The translations under genes were made by a program, and so were the position numbers. Below, piece by piece: positions 36,827 to 49,800 of a stretch of DNA of 64,000 nucleotides (within the stretch, counting starts at the first letter, position 1; every line of letters starts with the position of its first letter). The DNA lies in NCBI GenBank assembly GCA_039621445.1, contig CP154954.1, positions 46,417,847 to 46,481,846 of the forward strand, written 5' to 3'. The notes beneath the pieces were generated by a model, which searched no databases, was not told the origin of the DNA, and saw only the letters and a program-made list of their open reading frames with translations. This stretch comes from Euglena gracilis. Its lineage: Eukaryota.

Positions 36827-39274
36827 GGGCGGGGGGGACCCCCCATCCCCCCGGTCTCAAAAAAACCCCTGGTTAGAACTCAGTGCTTGCTCAAACAATG
36901 ATTTGACCCCCCCTGCTGTTGGAGCGGTCGCAGCGCAGCCACCACCCCTCTGTCACCCCAGTGGCCACATTTGTGAGGCTGGCGGCGTACCCCTCCCTGG
37001 AGACGCTGTACGCTGCCATCGCCCTCCCGGACTTTTCCTTCAGGGGAACAAGCATGAGTTGCCGGTCCCGTAGAAGTTGCGGTGTAGTTTCCATTTTGGT
37101 ACCCTGCCTGACAATTGATGGGTTGCACGTCACCTTGAGCTGCACTTCTGGATTTTTCTTGTCTTTTCTGGGTTTGTCCAGAAGTGAAGGAGGGGTTCAA
37201 GGCTTTTAAGTTTGGAGGTTTGTGGAAATTTTGAATTTGGGGGTTATTGACCCAGGGCTTTAAAAAAAATATGTTTGAAGTATCCATGGTTGTTGGAGAG
37301 GACAATTATTTGGTAACCCCCCCCCCCATTTAAACCGACTCCCCTTCTAAACCGACCTACCCTTCCAAACCGACCCATTGCAGAATTTCAACCAAAAAAG
37401 GCAAGTTGGATGACAAACATGCACAACGTAATGGAAGCCGCCAACGAAAAGAGGGTCCATGCTCATTGAATAGTTAGTATTGATGACCCAAAATTGGGAT
37501 TTTACACCCAAAGTTAGGCATTTGTTTCCAAATTTTGGAGTTTGCATCTCAAATTGGGCATTTTCCTCCGAAAATTTGGCGTTGGCACCCAAACATTACA
37601 AAATTAGGCATTTGCTGTCTAAAATTTGAAGTTTGCACCCAAAATTAGGCAGTTTGCCACCAAAAATTGGATATTACACCCATAATTCAGCATTTGCCCC
37701 CAAAAATTAAGAATTTGCATCCCAAATTAGGCATTTGTCACTCAAAGTTAGGAATTGGCCGATCAAATTGGGCATTTGCCAATTTAAATTGCCTTGCTAA
37801 CATCAACCCGCTTCCGTCACGCCGTCGGCCAGCCGTGTGCTGCCCCTGAAACCGACCCCCCGTCTAAACCGATCCCCTCCAGGATTTCCACCAACCCAAA
37901 AGTCCTAAACCGACGGGTCGGTTTAAATGGGGCGGGTTTACCCAACCCCTGGATGGTTTCTGTCCATCCAACCCCCCAGTCCCCCAACTCAAATTTTTGT
38001 TTATTGTGGGTTGTTTCTAATAAAATTGCCCTGCAGAGTGATGAGTTTTTCACTGCAGAGTGATGAGTATCTGACCTCTTTCACTCTCCAAACTGCCTTG
38101 TCTGCGGCAGCAGGGGTGGCTGGTGCTTGACAATAGCATTTGTTTGGAATATGGCGAATGCTCAAACAATTGCACCTCCCATGGACATAATATGGAGCCA
38201 ATTTGCTCAGTAAAATACGTACTCATTGCAAGCCAAGGATGTCTTTCATTGGGCATTGTAGTCAGATGCTGGCTCTGGTGGTGAGGGAACAATGGTTGTC
38301 CACCGCTGCTGCCGCTGGATCAGGCGATCGCCGATTGCGCAGTGACATGTTGGGGCATTCACCCATCCCCTTCTGAGCCGCACTCTGCTTGGAGGGTGGC
38401 AGGGACAAGTTTTGAGCTCCAATTGGCTTCCAGCCACAGCCTCCTGTCCGCGCAGCAGAAGAAAGGCAGTCCGTGGTCGACGGCCCATCCAACGCAACGG
38501 CTTTGGAAGGCACCCTGAAGACCACGCCCACCACGTCCTGTTGCTGCAAGTGATGACCCGTGACGGCGTGTACAGCCCTCAGGTGTGCGTGCATGCGTGT
38601 GCAAGTGTGTGTGTGTGTGTGGCAGGGAATTTCTTAAGCCGGAGGGTACCCTACCCCCCGGGGGGGGGTCCAGCCAGCCAGCAGCCCAAATCCAGCCAGC
38701 AGCCCAAATTCGGGCTGGGAGCCCCCCCCCCCCGGGGGGTCGAGTGAAATAAAGTTGGGTCCAGCCCGGCCGGAGGCCGGGCCAGCCGGCCGCAGGCCGG
38801 CCAGCCAATTGGGCTACCCAGCTCACCTGTCCCTTCATTTTTTCCCTTCATCACCCAGCCTTGACCTGGCTCCACCCATCAAAATGTCGAAAATGGCAAA
38901 AATGTGTTAGAAAATTTTGTTTTTCGTCGACCCGGCCCAGCCCAGCCCCCTCCAGCCCCGGACCCCCCCTCCCCCCCCCACCCCCCCCGGGTGTGGCCTA
39001 GGGGGGGGGGGTGGTAGTGGGCCGACGTTAGGTCGGCCCCCGGTCGCCAAAGGTCGCCAAAGGTCGCTATGGGTGTTTCCTACTCAGTTTTCTTTTGCAT
39101 TGTAGCAGCGTAGGCAACTGTTCGGCGGCCCTAAAAAAAAATCCCTTGAAATCCAGCCAGCAGCCTTTTTGCCAGCCGGAGGCTGGACCCCCCCCCCCGG
39201 GGGGGTCCTTAAGAAATTCCCTGGTGTGTGGTGTGGTGCGTGTGTGTGTGGGGTGGGGTGGGGTGGTGTGGTGT

Positions 39275-39323
<49 letters not shown>

Positions 39324-42300
39324 TGTGGTGTGGTGTGGTGTGGTGTGGTGTGGTGTGGTGTGGTGTGGTGTGGTGTGGTGTGGTGTGGTGTGGTGTGGTG
39401 TGGTGTGGTGTGGTGTGTGTGCGCGCGCGTGCGTGCGTGCGCTCGTGTTTTGATGTGTGTGAGGAGGGGGCATGGTGGGTGGCTGGATGGGTACGTGCGA
39501 TCGTCAAGCCGTAGGATTTTTGGCTTCCAGAAGTCTCGGTTGCCATCACTGCCCTCTTCTCACCCTCACGGCCGCAAAAGCAAGCATCACTCTCTGAATG
39601 GATTTGCGCCGCATCAGCACCAAGCGCGATTCAGGAGGTGTGGTCTGACCCCTCCCCCATTCCCAGGACCTCCTGCACGTTGTCGTTCTGGCCGACCAAT
39701 TGGAGGCGGTGGTGCACCTGCTGGAGGCCGGGGCCACCCCGACCCGCAAGGTGAACTGGGGGGCATATGCCCTGGGGTTGGGTTGGGCAGCCCGTCCACT
39801 GAAAATTACCACAGGCGAAGCCTTCTGTGAACAGAATAATGTTTCAGTGCAACCAAGGCAAGGGCTAGATTGCGATGTCCTTTGTTGGCCCGCAGGCGTT
39901 CTGGATCATGGGCTACAACATTGCCCGCTTCCGGGACGACCCGGCCAGGGCAGAGGGGTTGCCACTGGAGACCCTTCGGGTGCACGACCCTCTGCGCAAG
40001 GTACGTGCACATCACTAGTTCTGCTGAAAATGTTTGAGTTTTCTGGCAATTTGAACCCAGAAATGCACATGCATGTCAGGAGTACAGGAGTTCGCCTGCC
40101 TGCTTGCCTGCCTGCCTGCCTGTCTGTGTGTGTGCATTTGTTTGTGTGTTTGTGGTGTGTTCTGAGTTTGCGTGTTGTGTGCTGTGTGTGTGCTTGCGTG
40201 CCCGCGTGTGGTGCCCGTACGTGTTTGGAATTCCTTGCAAGAACGCTGTGCTATGGCCCAGTCAACCAAGCTGGAAAGTGTTTGTGATCCTGTGGTAGAA
40301 ACGAACACCAGTTTCTGTAAAATGGACCCTGTGTGGTTTGACCCCCTCAGCTCAGGCAATGGATTGATACATACATGTGCCTTTGAATGAGAAAAATCAT
40401 CATCACGACTGTTTTATTTATGTGGTGGTTGAAGAGGGAGTTGTCTTTTGTCTTCCCTTCTAAATGTTGATGAGTTTAAACCCCCCCACCTATAAGAAAC
40501 CCTCCTCTATAAGAAACCCCCACCTATAAGAAACCCCTTGGGAGCTCTTGGTTGGCCACCTGTAAGAAACCCCAAGAAATTGGGGTTTGGGCCGTGTTAA
40601 AAGGGAGCAGTGCAGCAGAATTGTCAAAGGTGCAACAAACAAAAAACGCTCTGTGTAGTGCAAGAAAAAGCAGATCACTGCTTTTTGGAAAAGCAGGGGG
40701 CAATGCGCCGCTGCTTTTGGAACGAACGGGAGCTGGAGCTGGCCAGGCATGACAATGGGCTTCAATCAAGAAAGGAGGGACCCACACCGTCACCATCAAT
40801 CTCCATCAAGAACCAGCTTCCTGTTTTTCAAAAATATTTCGATGGATAATTTCGATTGAAGCCCCATCTGGAGGTGCTGGCATCAATATAGCGTGCTCCT
40901 CAACAGGTGAGGAGTGATCATAGTCATTTTGGCTTGGTGCCAAGCCAAGTGTAGCCGAGCTGGGCGAAAGCAAGGGGGACATCTGCTGTGGCGAGGGTTT
41001 GCTGAACAGCAGCTGCCAAAATCAGGCGTTGAAATGAGTGTGAAGACTTTGGGGAGTTGGCAACCTTTGGGTGGGGTGTGTGCCATGCCAACTGAGTTAA
41101 ATCACCAGGGGGTCGTAACGCACAAAGAAAGTCGGTCACGCAAAGCCTGAGTACCCATTTGGTATGCAGAATGCGACGTTGAGATGCATTAGGTATTGGA
41201 GGGTCTTTAACGAGCCAGTCTGTGAACATCTTTGTGTAGTTGTTCTTGAAGGTCGCTGCGAAGTACACATCAATGTACTGGAAATAGCTTGCGAGACCCG
41301 CAGGTACCAACACCCGGCGGACCTGAGACAGCAACAAAGTCAGCTTTGATATTTGGAGCAAATGCGCACCATCATCCTCCGCCATTGGTCAACCAAGTTG
41401 GACAGTCAATGTATTGGGGTGTGGCCACAGATCAGCAGCTTTGCAAAGTCCTAGGGCATGTTGGTGCGCCATTCTGAGATGATGGCGTTCCAGGTCTCTT
41501 CCCCAGCAATGGCCTCATCCTGTACAAGGCTATGGTTGAAAAGTTGCTATAAAAAAAAGCTAACCTGGAAAGTGACCAGCACATTGGGGTCCCAGGCTGT
41601 TTTCTCTGCTTGGGTGATGCGGGTTCCCTTCCCAAAGAACACAATCACAGGCTTGACGTGCATCTTCTTGTCGCCGAAGACTGTGACGATGACAGTGAAC
41701 ATTCTCTTCTCCCAGTTGCCGGATTCTATCACGCAACGTCGTAGTTCCTGTGTTTTGAGAGAATTAATTGCCCACTGTTGTGGTAGAGGAAGAATACCTC
41801 GTACCGTGATGGTCTGACGAGAACTAGAATTTCATCGATGTTTGCAACGTCCTCAGGCGAGAATGAGATTGTTCCTGAAAGAGGAACATTATCTTACATC
41901 CGGAAAACATTAAAAATTTAAATACCTGTGTGTGTCACCATGTGTTTTCCCACCACTCGGATGGTGCCATGAAATTCCAATGCTTTCTGCTTCAGCTCCT
42001 CGTCAGTGATTTTCACTCGCGCTTCACGGTGCGTTTGGCGAGCCGTTTGCGCCTCAAGAAGCTTTGGAACCATTTCAAACCCAGAAGACTCCGCCGGTTC
42101 TCCTCGGCCAAGAAAATCTACGAACGAAGTTTTTGAAATGATTAAATTTTGACAAACAGGTGCAAATGAAACCTGGGCGTGTGCTAGAGCTGCTTCCTTC
42201 GTGGTGCGCTTCTTCCTTGCCTTTCGGTCTCGTATCCAAGCATCTAATTTGTCCTCGACCAACGGGAAGAAATATTTTTTCAACCAGTGCCCACGCGTGC

Positions 42301-43167
42301 TCGTTTCTTCCCACCAGCCTTTACAGCCTTCTGTAGCTTTGCTTTGCTTGCTGTCCACTTGCTCACCATCCCCTTGGTGATCCCACTTTGCTTGGCTGCA
42401 TGCCCCAGCGACGTTGCTTCCCCCAGAGCAATCACACGCAGCTTGAAGGCAATGCTATGTTTCTTGCGGACCTTTTTGGAACCCTGCCCTCCTTCTTCAT
42501 CTTCTTCCTCCCCCTCGGTCCCTCCCTCACTCCCCCTGTGACCATCGCGCACCTCATCCGCAGAAGCAGCTCCATCACTCCACGTTTCCTCACCCCCCTC
42601 AGATTCTGACCTGTCAGACCCTTAATACACACTCTCCAAAGCTTCGGACCCAGATTCATTGTCTGACATTACAAAAGACTGCAAGGAGGATGGTAACAGG
42701 CATTAGGAGCCAACTATAAGAAACTCCCACCTACAAGGAACCTCCGAGCAATGACTTCGACACCCACCTATAAGAAACCCCACCTATGAGAAACCTTTTC
42801 GGTCGGTTTTCGGAAACACACCTATAAGAAACGGGTTCCTTATAGGTGGGGGGGTTTACGTTTGCGCATGCACACGCGTGCGCGCACACACGCGACACAA
42901 ACACACACACACACGCACACACACACACACACATGCACAAACACGCATGCACATCCCCACACACCCACACCCATATTGGCCCAGGCTCTGGAGCGAACGA
43001 CGGGGGCGGGACTGCCGCCGTGGGCCCAGGACGTGCTCCGCGACGGCCGCCACTGCGCCGCAGCGTTCGCAGCGGAGCTGCGCGGCGCGGCGCGGGACGG
43101 GCCCGCGCGGCGCGTGGCGGACTTTGAGGGTCAGCGGCTGCTGCCCCCCGCCGACGACGTGGACGCG
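26352..43167 (+). CDS. Multi-exon gene, ankyrin-repeat-like protein
   Basis: Exons ~26352-26429 (MSHIEALLAR..., tentative first exon), 33271-33373 (SLLVHAAREQQPIMVKYLM), 36962-~37043, 38456-38582, 39667-39750 (DLLHVVVLADQLEAVVHLLEAGA), 39896-40000, 42985-~43167. Mostly phase-consistent GT-AG introns. The 37043 donor and the 3' end are unresolved. Confidence 0.6.
26853..27924. mobile_element. hAT-like non-autonomous element with 10-bp subterminal tandem repeats
   Basis: TIR caggcacct / aggtgcctg, perfect 8-bp duplication cccctctg, arrays of GGCCGACCAG near both ends. Confidence 0.9.
28139..28441. mobile_element. hAT-like MITE, CAGGCTG family
   Basis: Ends caggctg / cagcctg; duplication gcacagaa/gcacagag; second copy at 63484-63801. 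Confidence 0.9.
28775..32252. mobile_element. Unclassified TIR element (CTTAG termini, 5-bp duplication) with dispersed GAATGCGCANNTGCGCATTC palindromes
   Basis: Perfect 21-bp TIR cttagacggccgggaatgcac / gtgcattcccggccgtctaag; cccct on both flanks; ~11 internal palindromes; only broken ORFs. Confidence 0.8.
33689..33870. repeat. (ATGT)n microsatellite
   Basis: ~45 perfect tetramer copies. Confidence 0.98.
35778..36219. mobile_element. TA-flanked pogo/Tc2-like MITE (AATAAGACCC motifs)
   Basis: TA-aacccccccc...gggggggt-TA ends with repeated aataagaccc / gggtcttat. Confidence 0.75.
36529..36871. mobile_element. hAT-like MITE (family shared with 58358-58639)
   Basis: cagggttttt...aaaacccctg; duplication gttagaat/gttagaac; contains a ~70-nt G run. 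Confidence 0.85.
37314..37940. mobile_element. TA-flanked pogo-like MITE (TAAACCGAC motifs)
   Basis: taacccccc..atttaaaccgac / gtcggtttaaatggggcgggttta inverted ends with repeated aaaccgac. Confidence 0.75.
38623..39223. mobile_element. hAT-like MITE in a GT-AG intron
   Basis: Perfect 16-bp TIR cagggaatttcttaag / cttaagaaattccctg; 8-bp duplication gtgtgtgg. Confidence 0.9.
39224..39440. repeat. Compound (GT)n/(GTGTG)n microsatellite
   Basis: Direct inspection. Confidence 0.95.
40477..42858 (-). mobile_element. Decayed pogo/Tc2-like (Tc1/mariner superfamily) DNA transposon
   Basis: TIR aacccccccacctataag / cttataggtggggggggtt-type ends, TA at both flanks, repeated cctataagaaac subterminal motifs, internal transposase remnants. 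Confidence 0.9.
41130..42480 (-). pseudogene. pogo-family transposase pseudogene with short GT-AG introns
   Basis: RKKHSIAFKLRVI...GMVSKW (Brinker/psq-type HTH); FPLVEDKLDAWIRDRK and KWFQSFLRRKRL (CENP-B-type HTH); EDVANIDE; EKRMFTVIVTVFGD...KPVIVFFGKG; VPAGLASYFQYIDVYFAATFK (DDE-1-like). Frameshifts and stops are present; intron at 42118-42172. Confidence 0.85.
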
Positions 43168-44462
43168 GTGATGGGGCCAGGGCTTCACTTCCCTTCACTC
43201 ACCCCCTCCCCCCCCCCCCCGGGTGGCGTCGTCCGGGAAAGCGTGTGTTTGGGGGTTTCAGCTGGGGGATTGCCCGCCAAGCGCAAAGGTCCCGCATAAT
43301 GCAGGGAACCCGGAATTATTTGGTGTATGGTGTGCATTTGAAAGAAGGAAGTATTCGTGAAAAAAAAAGCAGAGACCCCAAATAGAGACCCTAAAGCACA
43401 TGCACACACATGTGCTTTGGCAGGCAGGCGGGCGGGTGGGTAGGCGGTGCTTGAAGAGAGGGTTCTGTGACCCCAACGATGGCCACGATTATTTCAAGCG
43501 GGTCTGCAGCATTTCTCATGTCACAAGCCACCTGCGGCCTGAATGATTTTCTGTTTGATTGCTACCGATGATGGTTTTTTGTCTGTGTTAGCATGCCCTT
43601 GCCTGCTGCGTCTTTGGCCAGCCAGGTGTCCTTCCTGCACCTCACCCCCGAGTTTTCTTGGTTGCATTTGCTTCATTTGCTGGACCAAATGGTGTGATTT
43701 TTACCCTGATTTTTGCGTTTTTTTTCTGCAAGTGGTTACATGAGACAATTTAGTTGAAGTCTTAAGCTTTGCTGCTTTTTTTAACCCAGCTAGAGGGCTT
43801 AGCCCAGAGTTCATTCTAAAAGGTGAGTCCTCGGCAGCTTCAGATGCTGATTAGAGAGCTTATTCTTTCTGTCCCACAGCAACCCAGCGAATCCCAACAA
43901 AAAAAATATTGTTGCATTGTTTACATCACGGCGCAGTGTCTGTAAATGCACGGAATATTTTCTTCGCATTTCCTTTTCATTTTCATCTGGTCCCAAAGTT
44001 TGCAATTGTTTTGTGCAACCTTTGATTTTTTGGGGAAAGGTCTAAACATTTCCCACCAATGGTTTAAAAGTTTCTGTGCATGAATCCAGAGCAAAGACAT
44101 TCAAGGTTCATAATGCAGGGCATATTATCATTCAGTCACTGGCCGACCCCCCCCTGGTTTTCAGACCCGTTTCACCCCCCCAGGTGGGTCATCAATAAAC
44201 TGCCAAAGTGAACTGGCGCCGAAGGTACAAAAAAATTCTGGTAAATTCTTCCCTCCCGGAAGCCCCAGGAGTGGTCACACTAGTTTTCCAAAGAAACAGT
44301 GGCCGAATGGCTTTGAGAAGAGTGGGCGTGACCCCAAGGTTGTTTTTTTCATAGTGGTCAAGATTCGTTGATTTCGAGGCTTCTTTTTCCCAGCGACCCG
44401 GGCCTGCGGCCCCCAGAACTGAACCGGTCCCCCCAGGAGGGGTGGGCCCGGGGACCCGGCCC

Positions 44463-44573
44463 GGGAAAAAATGTGTTTATTTTCTCATACCAGAGCCTTC
44501 TTTTAACTTGGAAGACCCCGGGGGGTCTTCCAAGTTAAAAGAAGCCTGGTACGAGAAAATAAACCCTTTTTCC
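44463..44573. repeat. ~110-bp near-perfect palindrome (fold-back)
   Basis: tttattttctcatacc..cttcttttaacttggaagacccc / ggggtcttccaagttaaaagaag..ggtacgagaaaataaa. Confidence 0.9.
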
Positions 44574-46862
44574 TTGGGAAATGAAGACGTACTTTCAGTG
44601 ATCGAAGTGATGCCTAGGGGGGGGTGACAACAACTCCGAATTGAGATGTATTTGGGCAACTCCAGGGATGCACGAGAAGTTTTTCGGTTTTGAGGTCAGT
44701 GGTCCTGGTCACCCCTCATTCCTGGGGGTCAAGGTGGGCAGTGGAGCGGAATACGGACCCCCTCCCAGATGTTATTAGGTTGGTCGGGCCCACCCGTCCC
44801 TCCTAAGAAGAAAACTAAAGCCATGAAATATTTTCTTCCGCTGTTGAGCGTCAGAGATGGGTTGTGGAAATCGCAATTCTTTTCAGGTTTTTCACATCAC
44901 CTTCAAATTTCGCTTATTTGCTCATTGCATATTCTGTGGCAATTAAAATTATGTTTTGTGAATTTTCAATGTTTTATCCTTCTTTGTCTTTTCTTGGGGC
45001 TGATTTCATTTTTTCCAATAATATTTTTTAAACATATATGCGAATTTTTTGCTTTTTTTTTCAGTTGTTCATGAGCTCCCAGGGGATTTTTCTCTGCAGA
45101 AAAACGTAATCTGGGTGATTTTTTTGCAAAGAAGTTTTTGAAAAAGACGGTTGCTTTTCGGCATACGATGTGTTTTCAAAAATGAAAATTTGAAGGAAAA
45201 AACAGTGTATAATATATCTCTCTGTGTCGTTTTTTTTTCCCCCAAAAGGAGTGAGACAGAGAGGGTTTTTTTTGGAAAAGAAGTGCTTTTTGAAAATATT
45301 TCTTCGCCATATTTGGCAAAAACCACGTGAAAAATTGCAGATTATTTTTTGTTTAATTTTTTTGGAATTAAATGCAAAGCCTATTCCTCCAAAATCATTT
45401 TTTTCAGTTTCCCATTTTTTTGTTTGCTTGTTTTTTGTCGACGTTTGAAAACAGTTATTCAAATCCAATGCATCCATAATTTTCGTCAGCCCCATTTTTG
45501 AAAGAGCGATAAGAAGTAGGAGGAGCAGGAATGAAACGAATTTTTTTGTTTTAATATTTTAGGGAAAAATATATGTCAATTATTTTTTGCTACAATTCTA
45601 CAGCAAACAGTGTGGGAAAAAGGGTAGGTGAATTTGTGTAATTGTATCTTTTTTGGTGACCAACAATTTTGGTATTCTTTCCAAACTGAATTGCCGCTGG
45701 GTTTCTTGTTTGTGTTTAGTATCATCATGTTTCCCTGGAGAAAAATGAGGGGGGGAAGTGCATAGCATAGCAGTTTTCGGTAATTTCTCAAGAAAATCAG
45801 GGTTCTTCCAACAAATTCTCGCATTTATTTTCAATTTCGGCTGGCTCTTAACAGTTTTGAGGGGGGGGGTCAAAGATGGGCCTCCGATTCCCCCACCCCC
45901 TTTGTGTTTTTGTCTGGGAGGGGGTTCAAACCCCTCCTCTGGTTTCCCTTATTATCCCTGACCCCCCCACAAAAGTTCTGTTCATGTCAGCAGGCTCTAT
46001 TTATTCTGATCTTTCAGAATATTGTGTCCAAAATGTGTAAGTTCCTCAGGGCAAGGAATCCCTTAATCTGGAACCCGGGGCGTCCAGTAGCTTTTTTTCC
46101 CCCCGCCAACACCTTCCAGCTGGGCTGTGGACCCCCCCCCCCAGGGTGGTCTTTCCACCCCGGCGAGTCTGGTCTTTCCAGCCCGGCGAAGCCAGGCTGG
46201 ACTGACAAAATTTCGGCCCAAAGCAAAAATAGGTTTGAATAAAGGTTTCAAGGTGAGTATCCAAAATTTCGCTGAAAATGCCAACAAGCTGGGTTTGGGC
46301 TTTTTTGAAAGTTTTTGGGCACCAGCTGTGCCCAGCCCAGTATTTGGTTGGACCAGACGCCCCATCCCTAGTGGGGAGGAGGCCCAGCCAGCAACTGGCT
46401 GGACACCCCTCTTTAAATGGAACGACACTTCCAGCCATATGGGCTCCCTTTCCCTTAGTCATTGCTGCCTTTCCAACCCCCACCCCCTCAGTTGGACAGA
46501 CCCCCTTCGGAAAGAAAGCATGTGACGACGACACAAAAGAGCGTTCAAGCTGTGTTTGCTTCTGAAAAATTCACGTGTGGATCCATGTATGCCGCCGAGT
46601 AGGGAGTTTCTCAAGGACCCCTGCCTGCCATACTGTTTGGGAGGGGTTCAAAAAAAATCCCGTGATATTATATTTGACGAATTTCTGTCACCTTCCCCGA
46701 CGTGATTATCGTTGAAATGTCCGTGCGCCAACAGCAATGCTAAAAATGCACCGGTGAGCCACCGGTTTTGCAAACTTTCACCCATTTCCAAACGTGTGCC
46801 TCCGTGTGTTTTTTCCCCTTTGTGTGGCCCCCAAGAGTTTATCTTTCGTCTTTCGCCCACAG

Positions 46863-49800
46863 GTGCCCTGCAAAGCTGAAGCTGCGCACCTCACAAATGG
46901 ACATCTTCTGCTGCCCCTTGCTGGCCGCCGAGACCGTCCGGGAGGCAAAACTGCAGGCGGTGGTGGTGGCGGCGGCCACCAACGTGCGCAGTGGGCAGCC
47001 AGCCATTGCAAAAGCCGAGGCGACGAAGGACCTGACATCGGACGAGAGAAATCACACGTTGCGGGGGTGGTCAGACTCGATGTTCAGCAGCACGTCTGAG
47101 GTGTTTTACGACCTGCGCCGGCGGGGTCTGCCGGAGCAGAGAATCATTTCATTACTGCCGGGCCTGCAGCCGAGGCTTGTCAAGAACTATTTCGCCCGGC
47201 GGGGCGCTGGAAAGAAGGTCCAGAAGCCTGTGGTGTCCGCACGCTCCCGGGCATTCGCCTTGGGCCTCTTCAGCCAGTATTGGGCCCGATGGATGGACGG
47301 TGAGCTGCAGCGCGACCAGTGCTTTCTGCAGAATCAAAATGTCTTGATTGGAACCTCCTGCCACTCCTGCCTATGGGAAAATACAATGTGTTCAGGTTAT
47401 GGCTAGTATTTGGTCAGAAGTAAGGCCGAAGTCGGGCCGGAATTTCAGCCTAACTTAGTCCTAAATCCCCATAAACAATCGTGACCTTGCCCCATTCTTA
47501 ACGCTGACCCTAACCCCAACCAGGGCGGTCCATAAGGGACGGATTTTTTGTTTAAGGACCGCCGTGTTAGGACCGCCCTTGGGCATAAGAGCCGGTCGAT
47601 GGTCCAGGGCTCGAATGGGGGCAAATATTGAAAGGTTGAAAAACGCGTTCATTGACGCTTTGGGTGAATGAGCAATGGTCCAAGATATCATACCAAGATA
47701 CCAGAAATCATTTTTTCCCCCTCGAAGTCCACCCATTTTATCCAAAACATGACCAGTTTTCCAGTGGATTTTTCATCGAATGTGCTGGGATGGGAATGGT
47801 CTCATGATTAAACTAAGTTAAGGACCGCCTTAACCTACCCCGATTCTACACATAATCAAATAACTGCCCCTCCCACGCCCCAAGGTGGCTTGGGGAACCA
47901 AGGGAAATGCAATAAAGCTCAGTCGGCCGAAGGTCCTGTTGGACAAACCAGTTGGACCTGGGAAGCTCCAATTAAACCCCACCCCCCACTTATTACCCCC
48001 CCCCACTTACAAACCCCCCCCACTTACCAGGTTTGAGCTCTAGTAGTTCTGAGCTCTTAACGGGACTTGCATGTAATGGAAGGCCGAAAAGACCATCATT
48101 GCAAATTTCGTGTAAGTTGTAAATTGTAAATTACGCGAACTTACAGCCTTGCAATTTACAATGACTTTCGGTGATTTTACGGGAATTTCTGAAATGTTAA
48201 TGAAATGTTTACCTCCCCATACACCCCACACCCGTTTTATTGGTTTTTTTTCCCGGATTTTGACCCATTTTCGACCCGAACTCTACAGGTTTCGGGCAAA
48301 AACACGGCGCTGGGGGGGGTCGAAGACAGCTCATTTTCGGCGCAAAAACAGTTTTTTCCGCATCCGTGAGGCCAAAAAAAACATGGCTTTGGGCATTTTT
48401 TTTGATTTTTTCGACTTTTTTGACCCGGTTTTGACCCAAAATCAATGGGTTGGCGGCCCAAAACGGGAGGCTAGCCGGTCGAAAAACGCTCATTTTCGGC
48501 TCAAGAACAGTTTTTCCGGGTCCGGGAGGCCAAAAAACATCGTTTCGGGCAAAAAAATTCGATTTTTTTTGACCCCAAAATCACCCTAAGCCCATTGGTT
48601 TTCGGCCAAAAACAGGGGTCTGGGGGGGGGGGTCGAAAAATGCTCATTTTCGGCTCAAAAACACTTTTTGGGGGTCCGGGAGGCCAAAAAAAACATGCTT
48701 CTGGGCAAAAAAAAATTCGAGAAATTTTGAGAACATTCATTTTTTGACCCCTCCCCCCCCCCGAAAACGGCCAAGTCGGCCAGTGGGGAAAGTGCACAGA
48801 ACGGCCATGTTGGCCGAAAAACGACCGTATCTCGGACTGGGCGGGGAGTTGTGGGGATGTCAAAATACCGGTAGATGGGGCATTCCAAGGGCTTCAATTT
48901 AGGTCTCCGGATACTTCCTTTGATTTTGCATCATTTTCGAGATATTTTGAAAATTGATTTTTTTTGGCCCGAAATGGCAGAGTCCAAAGGGGGGGGGGGG
49001 GCTTAAAAAAAGGGGGGCGGGCCAATCCTACCCGGTTTGGACCCCTTCGCACGTGAATAACTCAGGCCTGGTGGGGAGTTCGGGATCAAATCCAGGTGAT
49101 TCGGAAACTAGAAAGCCAGTCGCTCGTGACTGGAAAAAAAATTCCGGGAACCAGGCCGGGATCATGTGATAATCCGTCGGTTCTCCTGGTGGCCCCGACA
49201 CGGGGGGGGGGTCGATGGGGGGTTTTCGCCAGGAGGAAGCTTCGCTCTACCCATAAAGGGATAAGAGCTCAGCGATAAACCCCCTGGGCCGACCAACCAA
49301 ACTGGATCCTATAACCCCCCCCCCCCAGGAAGAAAAATGGAAATCGCCGGGAACGATTTTTTTCGATCGCCCGGGAACTGATTTTTGGCTATTTTTTGAG
49401 ACCGATCATCATCAAAAATGTCATTTTTGACTAAATTTGCCGAAAACTGACAATTTGGGGGTGTTTCGGGGTCATTTTGGGGGGGTCGGATTTTCACCAA
49501 CAATTCCGGATCCCATAACCCCCCCCCCCCCACCTATAAAACCCCCCACCCCCTTCGGCCGACCAATCAACCCGGATCTTATGAACCCCGGGGGTTTATA
49601 AGTAGGGGGGTTTAAACCCCCCCCCAAATATGAGACACCGGTGTCTTATATTTGGGTGTCAACCAATTTCGCCAAAGGGTGCCTTATATTTGGGTTTCAG
49701 GTGGATGACTGAGGGGTGTGTAATATTTGGACATTTTTCCAGCAAGTATGTTGTTGTGCTAATGTCCTCGTACCTTCACATATATTTGTACATACATGTA

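Noticed and set aside
48028-49286. Reading the solo copy as a CAG...CTG hAT element
   Set aside because: There is no 8-bp duplication, and 49276-49286 belongs to the host MITE motif. TC/CTGG ends with an A|T target fit better.
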